A stretch of DNA of 63,544 nucleotides, counting the filler, from Dirinaria sp. TL-2023a (lineage: Eukaryota): assembly GCA_051941275.1 (NCBI GenBank). It is 4 parts of 4 records of this genome, joined end to end, with 100 filler letters (N's around TTAATTAATTAA, not from the genome) between each part and the next. Parts side by side here need not be neighbours in the genome. Positions count along the whole stretch, not along the records: positions 31,877 to 47,668 come from JAVEBF010000526.1; positions 47,769 to 63,544 come from JAVEBF010000527.1; 2 more parts are not named here. One strand, given 5' to 3'. Shown here in pieces: positions 37,725-49,511 of the stretch (positions are counted from its first letter, which is position 1; each line of letters opens with the position of its first letter). A model generated the notes under the pieces. The model had not been told where the DNA came from. It did no database searches and worked only from the letters and a program-made list of their open reading frames with translations. The translations under genes and the position numbers were made by a program.

Positions 37725-40700
37725 ATGGACCCTATGCTTGCAGAGCTCAACGCGGCACAACGTTGCGCCGTCACATCTCCAGCTGCTGTACTTCAAATTC
37801 TCGCTCCTCCCGGCTCCGGTAAAACCAAAACACTTACCTCCCGCGTCGCCTATCTATTATCTAGCTACAGCTACAAGCCATGGAATATAATATGCTTGAC
37901 TTTCACTATCAAGAGCGCAAGAGAGATGAAAGAAAGGATTGCGAGACTCATAGGCAATGGGATGGAAGCGAGGTTAATACTTGGCACCTTTCATTCCGTC
38001 TGCAGAAGGTATCTAGTCTCATACGGCCATTTGATTGGCATTCCCAAAGGCTTCGGTATCGCAGACAGCTCGGATAGTATCAGCATAATAAGACGAATCA
38101 TCAAGCGCCTGAGCCTCCATGTTGACCCATCAAAGGCCAAGTCACGAATTTCCTGGTCTAAATCCCGAGGGATTACTTGCGCACATGTTGCCAACGATGG
38201 GTCCAGAAAGAAGACTGTAGAGCAGCAGGAGTTCTACCTGGTCTATGATGCCTACGAAAGCTATCTAGCAAGATCAAACCTTCTTGACTACGATGATCTA
38301 CTTTTACGATGCGTTGATCTCCTAAAAAAGCATCCTAACTGTGTGTCGAACGTCGAAGTAGTTTTGATAGACGAATTCCAGGATACCAACCTAGTTCAAT
38401 TCGATTTGATGCGGCTCTTTGCTTCCGAGAAAAAACGTATAACCACCGTTGGGGATCCGGACCAAAGCATCTATGGATGGCGTTCAGCGGAGACTGAAAA
38501 TTTAAGAAGAATGCAAAGAATTTTCCCAGACACCCTCATCATACTCCTCGAAGACAACTACCGCTCATCGGGCACTATTATTCTCGCGGCACGAGAAGTT
38601 ATAGAGCAAGACGAATCGCGAACGCCAAGGCCTCTTCTACCAACCCATTGCCCTGGTACTGTGCCTGTTCTTCGCAAGCTTCCTACAGCCGAGATCGAAG
38701 CCTTATGGATTGTCTCTGAAGTCGAGAGATGCACCGCGCTAACAGGGAATCTTCTCACGTATTCTGATTGCGCAATACTACTTCGCTCAGCATCCTTGTC
38801 GAGGCAAGTAGAATCAGCCTTGGGCAGAGCTGGCATACCGTACCGCATGGTCGGTGGTCAGAGGTTTTTCGACAGGTTCGAGATCAAACTCCTGCTCGAT
38901 TATCTACGAGTAATCAGCCAACCCAGCAACAATGATGCTCTTGCTAGGATAATCAACGTTCCTCCACGAGGAATTGGATCGGCAACTATTAAGTCGCTGA
39001 CTGAGGCTGCAGAATTGGCGAAGACTACCTTATGGCGGCTGATACTAGATATTGTCCAAGGAGTTTCACGGCCGAAGCTCAAGATCTCAAAGCAAACAGA
39101 GCAAGGCTTAGCCAGCTTCGTCCATCTCGTACTTTCCACAACAGGCAAACTCACTAGTGCAAACGACATGCCCTCTCCTGAATTCCTGCTCAGGTATATT
39201 ATCAAGAAAATAGACTTCGAAGACTATCTAGAGAAAGTTCATGAGCAGGACTATGATACGCGATGGGCCAATGTCGAGGAATTGCTAAATCAAGCAGCCG
39301 ATTACCCTGTTCTCACCCACGACGAGCAATATTATAATGCAGATCAGGACCTCCTCCCAGATATCAAGGGTTTAAATCAGCAGTATGTCGCTCCAGCAAT
39401 AGAAACATTGTGCAAATTCTTGGGGAACGTTGCTCTTGCTACCGAAATTCAGCGAGAAGAAGATTGTGAAAAAGGGTCGAGTGCACCACAATCACGAGTA
39501 ACCATATCGACCATCCATGCGGCTAAAGGACTGGAATGGCCAGTCGTGTTCATACCATCTGCTTACGAAGGCTCCATTCCTCATTCACGAGCAGAAGACA
39601 CCGATGAAGAAAGAAGGCTCCTCTATGTGGCGATGACTCGAGCACAGTCACTACTGTACCTGAGCTGCCCTACCAAGAATTCTAGGAGAGAAGAAACAAC
39701 TCTCTCGCCCTTTCTCTCATCCAAAAAGGTGGGTCATTTCCTTGCTAAAGCAGGGCCAACCTTCAATTTCAGTGCTGTGCAAGACGTCGCTAGGATTCTG
39801 AGGCGTGGGTGCCCATCTGAGCATACGTTATTCGAAAGCTATAGGACAGCGAAGAACCTCGAAGACAACCTGTGGCCATTGAGTGGCGAGGAAGAACCGG
39901 AAGAAGCGCAAACTAGATGGAATAAGCGGGCTACTGATGAGATCAGTGTTAAGCTAGACCCTCCATTCAAACGTAGAAGGCTTGCCGGTGGCGACAAGAA
40001 CAGTAACTCCTCTACAATGAGTGTACATCAAGGGGTAACCTGTTCCATTGGATCTTCGACGACTATGGAAAACCCTTCCGCATTCTCGCATCCGGGAGGC
40101 TTCATGACTGCTGCAGCACTTCAGCTCACACACGCAGAATGTTCAAAGGATGCCACAACCACGCAAAATAAGAAGGCGAAGAACACTCAATCACGAAAGA
40201 CTCCATTAGGTCAAAGTATCCTCTCGAATTTTGTTGGCAGAACGCCATTCAAGGAGGTGTCTGTCTCAAAATCAGAAACCGCCTTCGAACCTTCGCATAG
40301 CTTAAACCTGGGTGCCAATCCAGTCAGTCCAAAACGTTCAGCAACGGAAAAGGGCAACAAAACAAATCAGCCTTGTAACTCGGCCTCCGTTAACTCCATA
40401 ACGTCACGGCAATCCCTTACTGCCGTCCCTCAGTCACTCGCGAATCATCGCCTGAAACCGCTTCTCACCACTACGCGACCCGGCGCGAACCCGAATGGTG
40501 ACCATTCCAGTGGAAGCTATGGATTCCTTTCTAGCTCGCCGCCTAATCCTACTAGCCTTGATCAAGCTGCGTCCGACGTCACAGAGACTCAGACCGATAC
40601 CGTTGACTACAGGAGATTGGCACAGTACAGTGCAATTAAGCCTGCTGCTACGTACCACACCACTAGTGTTGCTCAAGTGCGGGCATCATCAAATGAAGTG

Positions 40701-40793
40701 CGACGAACATTAGGCGTCAAACGAAGCATGAATGGATGGGCGCAACGGGGCAATAAAGGTTTTACTATGCCGAGAACGATGAACGAACGATAA
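37725..40793 (+). CDS. SRS2: UvrD/REP-family 3'-5' DNA helicase Srs2
   Basis: APPGSGKT, DEFQD, VGDPDQSIYGWR, NYRS, STIHAAKGLEW and EERRLLYVAMTRA motifs. Disordered C-tail ending KRTLGVKRSMNGW-like. Single 1022-aa ORF. Confidence 0.92.
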   Translation: MDPMLAELNAAQRCAVTSPAAVLQILAPPGSGKTKTLTSRVAYLLSSYSYKPWNIICLTFTIKSAREMKERIARLIGNGMEARLILGTFHSVCRRYLVSYGHLIGIPKGFGIADSSDSISIIRRIIKRLSLHVDPSKAKSRISWSKSRGITCAHVANDGSRKKTVEQQEFYLVYDAYESYLARSNLLDYDDLLLRCVDLLKKHPNCVSNVEVVLIDEFQDTNLVQFDLMRLFASEKKRITTVGDPDQSIYGWRSAETENLRRMQRIFPDTLIILLEDNYRSSGTIILAAREVIEQDESRTPRPLLPTHCPGTVPVLRKLPTAEIEALWIVSEVERCTALTGNLLTYSDCAILLRSASLSRQVESALGRAGIPYRMVGGQRFFDRFEIKLLLDYLRVISQPSNNDALARIINVPPRGIGSATIKSLTEAAELAKTTLWRLILDIVQGVSRPKLKISKQTEQGLASFVHLVLSTTGKLTSANDMPSPEFLLRYIIKKIDFEDYLEKVHEQDYDTRWANVEELLNQAADYPVLTHDEQYYNADQDLLPDIKGLNQQYVAPAIETLCKFLGNVALATEIQREEDCEKGSSAPQSRVTISTIHAAKGLEWPVVFIPSAYEGSIPHSRAEDTDEERRLLYVAMTRAQSLLYLSCPTKNSRREETTLSPFLSSKKVGHFLAKAGPTFNFSAVQDVARILRRGCPSEHTLFESYRTAKNLEDNLWPLSGEEEPEEAQTRWNKRATDEISVKLDPPFKRRRLAGGDKNSNSSTMSVHQGVTCSIGSSTTMENPSAFSHPGGFMTAAALQLTHAECSKDATTTQNKKAKNTQSRKTPLGQSILSNFVGRTPFKEVSVSKSETAFEPSHSLNLGANPVSPKRSATEKGNKTNQPCNSASVNSITSRQSLTAVPQSLANHRLKPLLTTTRPGANPNGDHSSGSYGFLSSSPPNPTSLDQAASDVTETQTDTVDYRRLAQYSAIKPAATYHTTSVAQVRASSNEVRRTLGVKRSMNGWAQRGNKGFTMPRTMNER

Positions 40794-41011
40794 CGAGCTG
40801 TGTCTTTAAGGATAGATATGTACAGAATCACCAACTTAACCAGCAACTCGTTATTCCATCAGGGCTCTGCATCAAGTTCATATTTCTTGTACCTTACCGA
40901 AAAGTTTCCGTCATGTGTCAACGACCGACTATGTCTAAACGTTCTTCCAGAGATGTCATCTCACTTCTCAGTGAAGACTCAGCTTTAGACCAGGCCACTA
41001 AGCCGTTCCTT

Positions 41012-42716
41012 TCAAGCTGTGGACGGCGCAGACACAGTTCCAAGGATCTTTCGAACAGTCTTAGAAAAACTTCCCGAAATTGATGCTCTTCGCCGAAATG
41101 CCTCCTCAATCTCATCTAATGACTTTCCCTTGGTTTCCGGCATGAAGAAAAAGCATACAATAGCTGTTATCAAGGTACAGCCACCAAACAGGAAATACGC
41201 CCCGTAAGTACTGTTTGCCAACATGATAGGCGTCGTAAGGGCTACTAGAAAATTTGTGACCCAGTTACTCCCGTGCGCGAGGTTGGTGGCCGATGCACGA
41301 GTCCGCTGTGGTTGGCTTTCCGCTACATAGATCTTGATCCCAATTGACCATGAGATACAAAAGATGGACGCGAAGACGTAAATGCAGACGATAACGACCC
41401 AGCGAGCTGCTCCGGAATCGCCGTGGACGGTATTGCCAGCATAAAGCCCACCCATTATAAACATTGTAGCACTGAGCCCGAGACCTCCGTAGATAGTACT
41501 GTGGCGGCGGCCCCATTTGTCGGACAAGAGGAGCGCGGGGATGGTTACGCTGAATATGACGATGGCAGAAACTCCAGAAGCGAGAAAGGAGGCCTCTGAA
41601 GATGCCAAACCAGCTTGCGCGAAAAGAATGGGCGCGTACTGCATATGCTTAGATTAGTTCTGAGCAGAGAAAACATTAAGATAAGATAATTGGAGTTCGA
41701 GATACTCACATAAAGAACGCCGTCAATACCGCTGAGCTGCTGCATGCCAAGCAGGAACACAGCTAGGCCAGTACGCGAGCGTACGTCTCGGGCGAAGACG
41801 TCCAAGAAGCCCCGTCCCGTTGTAGAGTCTACGGCACGTAGCGGAGCAATATCGTTTTGGTCAGAAGACGCGTCCATCAAGATGTTGCTGTGAACGTTGG
41901 TTGTTCTCAACTCCATATCAGCCTTTTCACGCTCCGTGTGACCGACGCCGAGGACATCCCACGCTGCGGAGGCCTCGGACTGGCGACCGAGAAGGATCAG
42001 CCATCGCGGAGATGGAACCAGCCAGAGCATTGACGCTACAGCGAATACTATCGAAAAGGAAGTCAGGAGAATGAAAGGGGTGCGCCATGCAAGGGAGGAG
42101 CTCATATTGGCCGTGCCATAGCAGGTGAAAAATCCAATCATCAGACCGAGACAGGTGAATAGTTGAGGTCCCGCCGTTAAGGGTCCTCTTTGGCCCGGTG
42201 GTGAGATCTCGCAGATATAACTGGTCATTGTGTGAGCTATGGTTACAGAACATGGATTGAAACTTACACGACAAGTGTTCCTAGATATAGCCCCTCGCCA
42301 ATGCCTTCGATGATTCTTCCGACGACGAACATAGCAAGCTGGATTGCTCCAGCCTCGAGAGCCGTGCCAAGGCCAAATATCAAAGCACCGATAGCGATGT
42401 TCTTTGGCCGCCCAAGTACATCTGCTACCCGCCCCGCAAAAAACGAAGATACAGCAGCCGGGATCAAGATCGCCGAGACAACCAGTCCATGGATGATAGC
42501 GGACAGCGAACCGAAGTCGGAGACATAGCTCTTCATTACGGTGACAGAGCCAATAACACCGGTGTCCATTCTGGGGTTTTGTTACATGTCAATTTTTCGC
42601 CACATAGTTCATAAGCCCATGAATACTGCATACCCAAACAGAAAGCCGCCAAATGAGCAGAGTATGCTAGCCAGGATATACCTCGGCGGAGAGCGGATAC
42701 GCTTGACTTGAGGCAT
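41012..42716 (-). CDS. MFS sugar porter family transporter, 4 exons
   Basis: MPQVKR...GGFLFG/MDTGVIG, VGRIIEGIGEG, YICEISP, PSPRWL, QQLSGIDGVLY, PETKGKSLDEI. Confidence 0.93.
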
Positions 42717-44413
42717 TCTGGGAGCTCAGGAGCCGCTTCCTTAGGACCTTTTCCTACGCGAAGATATCTGATACGTATTAAAATCTCTATTCTCGATGCC
42801 TTTTTTGAGGTGGTTGGGATAAGGACTATCATAACTGTGCAGCAACGGCATGACAAAAGCTCGAGGAAGATCGTCCAATCCAAGCAGCCTGCTTCGTAAT
42901 CATTTGATGTCTTGGCATCTTCCTACAACCTTATCACCGAATTGACTCATCTGGAGAAAACGCCGTCAGCAACACTGCCTTAGATGATCCGCTTATGACT
43001 CAAAATTGCACTAGTTCAATGCACGACATCTCAAAGCGCATAAAGGCAAGCAGCATGGGCGAGGATTACCGCGATCATCTCGTCAATCTAATATTGCATC
43101 TCGTCGGGCTACCATAACCGCCTCCACCTGTACACGGCTTTTCAAGTCCAGCAGAAAGACGCCAAAATTGTAGCACGTATGGAATGGCTCTTCGGACTGC
43201 GGCTGATCGCCCGATGACGGATTCGCAGCGCGGGTTCGAGGAACCTCAACGGCACTATCGGCTTCTGAAAATGGTCGATGCCGCTGGAGATGCTTTTGTG
43301 AGGCCATGGTGATATGCATGACTGATCGCCATAGAATTATCCTCCACAGCGTTTCCAAAATAACTAAATTAAGTGCGGACTGCGAACCATAGGACTAGGA
43401 CTACCAATATCAGGAGCAACTCAGCTGTACTGTGCACCAGGCGACATCGAAGGCTGCATCAGCTTCAAAGCCATTCGCTTCTGACCCAATGCGATTGGCT
43501 AACTTCGAGATGCGGTGCGCATCAGACATACTACCCAAATTCGAGTATCTAGGTCTCTAGAGGAAAAGACCTGGCAAGGGCCGAAAGACAGAAAAGGAAA
43601 GAGAATGGGGGCCAATTTGATACGGCTCATTACAAACATGCATTTTGCTTATCGATGTGCGGCACGAGGCATCTACTAATGCTAAAAAGAGAGATATCAC
43701 GTTGCCTTCTTTCGGCATCCACTAGTGCATTCTTCAGTCGATGTACACATCTCACGGAGTCGCATATGCTCTGCCACAACTCGCAGACGGCATGTAGCCA
43801 AGCATTGAAATGTATGAACGCTAGGAGAGAGACTCCTATTCAGTTGGCTTGCATACCTTTGCCGCTTGAACGCTTGTATACCCATCAATACGATCCACAC
43901 GAGTTACGAGCTGAACATGCTTGTTCTCAAATCTACAATTGAAAGCAGTGTGGGCGATTGCGATGGCGCTGAATGTTTCAAGACCAGCCTTGCGTCAGGC
44001 TAATCTGTTCGGTGTCCTCGATATCAGACCAACTCCGGCAATTGATTCCCCACAGACGCTCCCGCGCCGTAGCAAACTACATCTGTGTCGGAAAGCAATG
44101 TGCCGTAGGCCTAAAATGGAACCCAAACTGCCGATCAAACCGCCGATCAGTGCTTTATGTTCCCAAATGATAGAGGCGTGAGGTGTGAAGCCGCTACCAA
44201 AGGCCGCCTTGCTGTCGTCATGGCAGAGTCTTGCGTTCCGCTCATTGTGCGCTGTGTTCTGGTGAGCTCTTACAGTCACAATGTGCTTTACCGAGGTGGT
44301 GTCAGACTTTGCTCCATCCTCTGAAATATCTTTACGGATAGACCTAGATTCCCACCTTTACACATCCACCTACTGTAAGTGCATCTTCGTTCTTGGAGTT
44401 CATTTAATTAAAA

Positions 44414-45811
44414 ATGGGCTCCCAGCCTGCGACACCTCCAAGCGTTGGAGATAAAGATGCTTCTGCCGGCTTGCTGGCTACCACAATACTATTGACTGTT
44501 CTGAGTATCATACTTGTTGGCTTGCGATTCGCAACCCGAATATGGATCACCAAAAGGGTTGGTATGGACGATTGGACAATCTTGTTCGCATGCGTAAGCA
44601 TTCTCCATGGAAGTTGGAAAAGAGAATGTTGAGGAGACCCAGCTTGGACATATCATTTGTACGGGTCTGGTTATTGTCCAGATCTCATATGGTTTTGGCC
44701 GACCTGCATATTACATGACCCCACACCAATATCAAGAATTCCTAAAATACGGATTTGGGGAATGGATCCAGGTAAGAAAAGCACCGCTTGTTGACTTTTG
44801 TCCAAGAAAGCTGACTTTGGCACGAAAAGACATTCGCAACACTTATGTTTACCAAAATCTCCATATGTCTGTTTTTGCTTCGCATTACCGTCACGAAGGC
44901 CTTCATCCGGCCCTTGCAAGCAGCTATCGTTGTCCTGGTTGTCAGCAACGTCGTCTTGAGTCTCCTGTGGCTTTTTCAGTGTACGCCACACCTTGATAAG
45001 GCGTGGAACGATAAGATGCCCGGCAAATGTTTTTCTAAAGGCCAACGCGAAAGGATCATTATTTCTCAAGCTCGTAAGCATGCATTTCTCTGACTTCAGA
45101 GTCTGACGCTCAAACCACCTAGTCATATCGATTATCTCGGACTTCTTCCTCTCAGCGTTTCCCATCCTCATCCTTCGTAAAGTTCAAATCAGCTATCGCA
45201 GCAAAATAGGACTCTGCCTCCTCATGGGCCTAGGCGTAATCACGGGCTCGCTCTCTATCGTCCGCACGGTTCTGAATTGGCAGAATGTAGCCGAGGATCC
45301 ATCTTGGGACGTGATCCCCAACTGGTACTGGCGCGCGTGGGAAGTTTTCTTCGGTATCGCTGCAGCGTGCATACCAGCTCTACGACCAGGATACAAATGG
45401 TTTGTTGTGAAAATCCGCAACGGATTCAGTAAGCTAGGCAGTGGCAGCTCAAAGCAGGTAACGCAGTCACCGACAGCAAAGACATGGACGCACCAGATAC
45501 CACCTGCTCTGTTGAAGACTTCCAAAAAAATGACGGCGGACATTCCGACAGCAAACTCCTACGAAGAAGACGTGTTGCCCATCCAGAACTTTGAGTTTGA
45601 GCCCACTATGAGAGCTAGCATGGAGCATTATCCTCGAAAAGAGGATGAACGCATTTACCATCCGCACGATCAATCTCGTCACGAGAGACGAGAAAGGCTG
45701 CATATCCCTGGCGATGTGAGTACACATCGTCCCGGTCAATTTAAGAGGCTTGATTCGGAGGCCAGAGTTGGGGGCGGGCTTGGCGCTAAGGAGGTCGAAG
45801 AAACAATCTGA
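44414..45811 (+). CDS. PTH11-like / fungal rhodopsin-domain integral membrane protein (4 exons)
   Basis: LRFATRIWITKRVGMDDW, YGFGRP, FTKISICLFLLRI, FQCTP...C, SDFFLSAFPILIL, EVFFGIAAACIPALRP. Confidence 0.88.
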
Positions 45812-46326
45812 GCGGTTTTCTGATCAGGCCATCCAGACTACCCTTAGAGCGCTCAGGAGGAGCATGTCTTCGTGTCTCACGCAAGTTCTCGTCTGATACC
45901 GTTGTGATCTCTTGACCCCATCCCGAGAAACATTGTTGTTATTTTATGCTCTCGCAGGAATGGATGCTCATATTCCTTGACTGGCTTATCGATGTGCAGA
46001 TTCATGTTCATAATTACTCTTTCCGTGCTCTTGATGTGGCCCATCCAGCTTCAATGGTTTATTACCGAGATCTTGATGATTCTTTGTTAGCGGATTAGCC
46101 CACCGTGATATCGTTTGAAACGTTCTCGTCATGGGATGCTGGTATGCTCGAAATCAGCACCCTGCCAGTGCCAGAGCATAAGGCAGGATGAAATCCAAAG
46201 TCGCTCTGGATATGCGAATCGAAGCTGCACACCACCGCTGATCACTGCTGCGACGACTTCTCTTCTGAAAAAAAAATCATAATCATCTATAGAGCTGATC
46301 CGTAGAGAAAAGTTACAAAGCCCCCA

Positions 46327-46840
46327 TCAATCCTCCTTAGCCAACTCCTCCATCGCCTCAACCGCCCTCTCCAATTCCCTCACCCTCTGCCCAACCCTTC
46401 TCGTAACTTCTTTCCCTACCTCCTCATCCCCGCCCTCTTCGACCGCACTCCTGAACGCCTCTTTCAGCTTCGCCAGCTCCTGCTGCGCAGCGGCGCGGTC
46501 GTCGGCCGCGTAGACGGTTTTCTTCTCTGTTTCTTCCTGCGCGATTTCAAACTGCGATGAGTCAGAGAGAAAAATGTACAGTCACATTCAAGGTAACCGG
46601 AACAGGTGGTTGTGGGAGATTTACTTCGTCCTTGGCAGTCGCATACAGCTCCTGGAGCTCTTCGATTATGACATCCACATCGGATTTGGCGGCGTAGTGA
46701 CGTTTCGGTAGGAGTGGTGGTTGTGGTGGTGGGCGTTGCAGGCTCGTGGTGGCCAAGGGGATGATGGGAGAGCGATGTCTGGGGAGCCGCCGAAAGGAAG
46801 ATAGGAAGCTGGGGTTCCGGAGGAGACTCCTTATAATCAT
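46327..46840 (-). CDS. Conserved hypothetical coiled-coil protein with a mitochondrial-presequence-like N-terminus
   Basis: R/S/L-rich N-terminus ending RHY. IEELQELYATAKDE/(intron 46552-46624)/FEIAQEETEKKTVYAADDR...RVGQRVRELERAV. Confidence 0.75.
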
Positions 46841-47060
46841 GATGCATACATAAGAGATATTAGAGTAAGGTACCTAAAACACCGTAATGTCCGCCCCAAT
46901 TCTTAGCATAGTTCGTTCCTAGCGGAATCCTACCGCTGCCGGGGCACTGCCTCGGCTGAATATCCACCGAAATAGACAGAGAGCACTTGAGTACCTTGAC
47001 CCGAACATAACCTCCAAAAAAATTTCTTTGGGCGCCAAAACTCAATCTCGCAATGCTGGC

Positions 47061-47668
47061 ATGGTTTATCTGGCGCTCGGTGCATTCCTGGTCAGCGCCA
47101 TCATCTACGTGTACAAATACCGCCATCCGAGCCCGCGAAGCAGTAGTTCTAAGCAGGAGCTTTCGTCCTCCTCTTCACCCCACAACGGAGCCTTGAAAAC
47201 ACGTAGCCACAGAGACACCGACGCCAGCGAAGGATATAATCCTAAAGCGGCGGATCGTGGAGAATCAAGCGGGTGGCTGAGAGAGTCATCCGAGGATGAT
47301 GAATTCCCAGATGCGAAGTTGAATAATAGGGAAGGAGGGTCCTCATCCACGGGGTCGACGCCCAAGGCTGTTCAGCCTCAGGATGCTGCTGCTAGTCATA
47401 ATATCCCCTCGATCTCGCTCGCAGACGAAATACCGGTTGGGGAACCCAATCCGGAAAAACCGCACCGACCAACAGAACTCGAATTAGGACACACAACGCC
47501 ACAACCGCTTTCCAAACCCAGACTCCCCTCACCATCTTCATCAGGGCTACAGATCATGTCTCGAGCGCCTACCAAAGAGCCCCAAAACACCTCCGAATTA
47601 AAGCATAAGCCTTCTCCCTCATCCTTAATGCCACCGCCCCCGCGCCCATCCTCTAGCCCCTCGCGGCC
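47061..47668 (+). CDS. N-terminal TM / low-complexity protein, 3'-truncated (possibly cytochrome b5-like heme-binding family)
   Basis: MVYLALGAFLVSAIIYVY anchor, then an S/P-rich region ending SLMPPPPRP at the gap. The diagnostic domain is not present, so the family call is a guess. Confidence 0.45.
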
Positions 47669-47768
47669 NNNNNNNNNNNNNNNNNNNNNNNNNNNNNNNN
47701 NNNNNNNNNNNNTTAATTAATTAANNNNNNNNNNNNNNNNNNNNNNNNNNNNNNNNNNNNNNNNNNNN
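47669..47768. other. Artificial contig spacer (N44-TTAATTAATTAA-N44)
   Basis: Same 100-bp spacer. Confidence 0.97.
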
Positions 47769-49511
47769 GGGTTGTTTCTCCCGCGGGCATCTCTGTCAAA
47801 GTATGCCACGAAGAGAGATCAGTCTTTTGAACTCATCTTTGTAATCTGAGTTAGAATAATTTGATAATATAGAGAATATCGAGGTATTAGATTTTCAAAA
47901 TTATCCGTCAGCTGTGAAGTCTTTATCGCTACGCTTCTGAATATCCCTTGAATTTTTGACGTTTGCGAGTACTGCATTCTATATTGATCATTCAAGCATT
48001 TATGAATCTTGGAGGTGGATTAGCGGCATAATCATCTAGGAAATTGTGAAGCATTCATTCCGTCAAATATTGGCAGGAAACAGGTAAGCGATAGAAAAAG
48101 TAAGTCAATGACTGTGATGAGGCAGAAGTCGAGTAGTTTTAGTCGAATTGTAGCGTATGATCGTTCAATAACGTAAGCGGATCTTCACGCTGCTTTCCAG
48201 CCTTGCGTTCGGAAATCTGAAAGTGAAAGTTTCCGGCTCGTCCCGTTGGATCTTCTTGATTTTTGAGGGTTTGGGAACTGACGAGTAAGATAATATGCGA
48301 TACTAGAATAGACCTGAGGACGAAATTCTGGAGGAGAGAATCGTTCTCTAAGGAGAAATTAGCTCAAGATTAGTTCTTTAGTGAGCGTGACGGGAACCCA
48401 CTTACGGATATGATCAGCACACCTTTATTGATGTCGTATCTCTGGGTGGACTTTGGACGACTAGCTATGAAATTAATGACTGGAACACTCAACTGCTAAG
48501 TTTAGTAACGCCATAGAGACATTCTCGAGAAACTTCATTGTAGTTATAACGTCAGCAGCGATGCTGTCCGACTGAGAATGATCCACTTCTGGTGATAGAT
48601 TTTGAAAGAGCCTGAAAAGCGTACTTCGAGAAATGACATCATAAGAGAGTAGAAAGCGACGAACGAAAAACATCGGCAGAGCCACTATCACAGAGCAATA
48701 TTCTTTATAGTTTACTTGCAGTGTATTCGCCTTAACCCCGACCCTGCTTCATCACAATATTTTCTGACTCTCGAACTCAGATGGAGATGCGAGATGCTGG
48801 TTCTAGAGTGACGTTTGACATAGTCATTTAAGACCGTTGGTTCGCCTGTTATACATCTTCTGGTGCCAGTCGAATCACGAAGAGAAGATGCACTTTAGTC
48901 TGGAGAAATTTTGATTGCAATATTAAAGCAGCGATCGAGTATCAGTCATTTATTGACGCCGAAATGAGAAGAACCAGAAGGGGTGTGGCTTTAAATACGC
49001 ATGCCCAGGCCAAGACGCTAGGCATAAGCGAAAGTCTGATGTGATTGAAGGAAGCAAAGTTGCAGGAAGACAGATTGGCTAAGCGATGAGTGTGAACCAA
49101 TGGCGGTTCTTCTGAGTAATCATGCCCCCATCATGATGAACCTGGGTCTGCCATCATTCGCAACATACGGTACCCATCTAGGAAGGTACAGTATACATAG
49201 CTTAGGGTTGTAAGAGGGCTCGGTAAGTAGATGCAATGGGAAAGTTTTATTCTACCGGAGTGAGTTGGCCAAGAGACTGACATGTTTATCTGGACAGGCA
49301 GTGGAAGACTTCAAAGGATGATGCGCTTTGTGCGGCTTTTGAATGCTATGATACATAGTATCGGGTATATATCTAGGTAGTCTAACGATATATGTTACAG
49401 AAATTCCCACAAAAATTTTAGTATCCCCATCCCCCTGCTCCTCGCTATGCAAATCGCTAAATCGCTACAAGCATGCTTCTCGGGCCAGCCGGGAGCCAAA
49501 ATATCAAACTT

